From positions 12,090,001 through 12,154,000 of the forward strand of contig NC_073405.1 in the NCBI RefSeq assembly GCF_028641065.1: a stretch of 64,000 nt of DNA, given 5' to 3'. Of the stretch, positions 63,804 through 64,000 are shown one piece after another. The position numbers and the translations under genes were made by a program. The stretch comes from Leucoraja erinacea. Its lineage: Eukaryota. The notes beneath the pieces are model-generated. The model saw only the letters and a program-made list of their open reading frames with translations. It searched no databases and had not been told where the DNA came from. How positions within the stretch are numbered: the stretch's first letter is position 1; the number at the start of each line of letters is the position of its first letter.

Positions 63804-64000
63804 AGAATAAACCAATACCAATGTCTCTCAATACCCGCTTCACCTAAAGTGTCTGCTACTTATTGTTGCTAAAAAAATCTTCCATTTATTTTAATTTTAT
63901 TTTCTCTGGAAACTGACATTTTGTGCACTAATCTGTTTCTAAGATATCTAATCATCGTGTCTTTAATTTTTCACCAGATGGTAAAAAAACCTCAAGATTG

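Overview
Vertebrate nuclear DNA, almost certainly a cartilaginous fish and most likely a skate or ray. The call rests on the abundant HE1-like V-SINE and its partner CR1/HER1-like LINE tails. I can support no host protein-coding exon, RNA gene, or prokaryotic-type system, so the window reads as an intron or gene desert. By eye about half is decayed and nested transposable elements. These include tRNA-derived V-SINEs, CR1 LINE fragments, Rex1/Babar LINE fragments (one ~1 kb RT remnant), and many Penelope-like element (PLE) 3' ends carrying GIY-YIG C-terminal remnants and a minimal hammerhead-ribozyme motif. There are also four PIF/Harbinger-type MITEs and one hAT MITE. Almost all listed ORFs are TE remnants or chance ORFs. 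The most notable signals are: (1) short hammerhead-bearing PLE termini with a fixed non-poly(A) 3' end, 7-16 bp TSDs, frequent palindromic form, and 5' ends clustered at the ribozyme core; (2) a ~1 kb fold-back inverted duplication at 43948-44924; (3) three unrelated MITE families sharing one terminal motif; (4) an AT-rich degenerate minisatellite with an internal hairpin; (5) several TE-free islands that could be conserved enhancers. Family names come from recalled motifs, not a database search. Most repeat boundaries are approximate (about 10-20 bp) unless TSDs are quoted.
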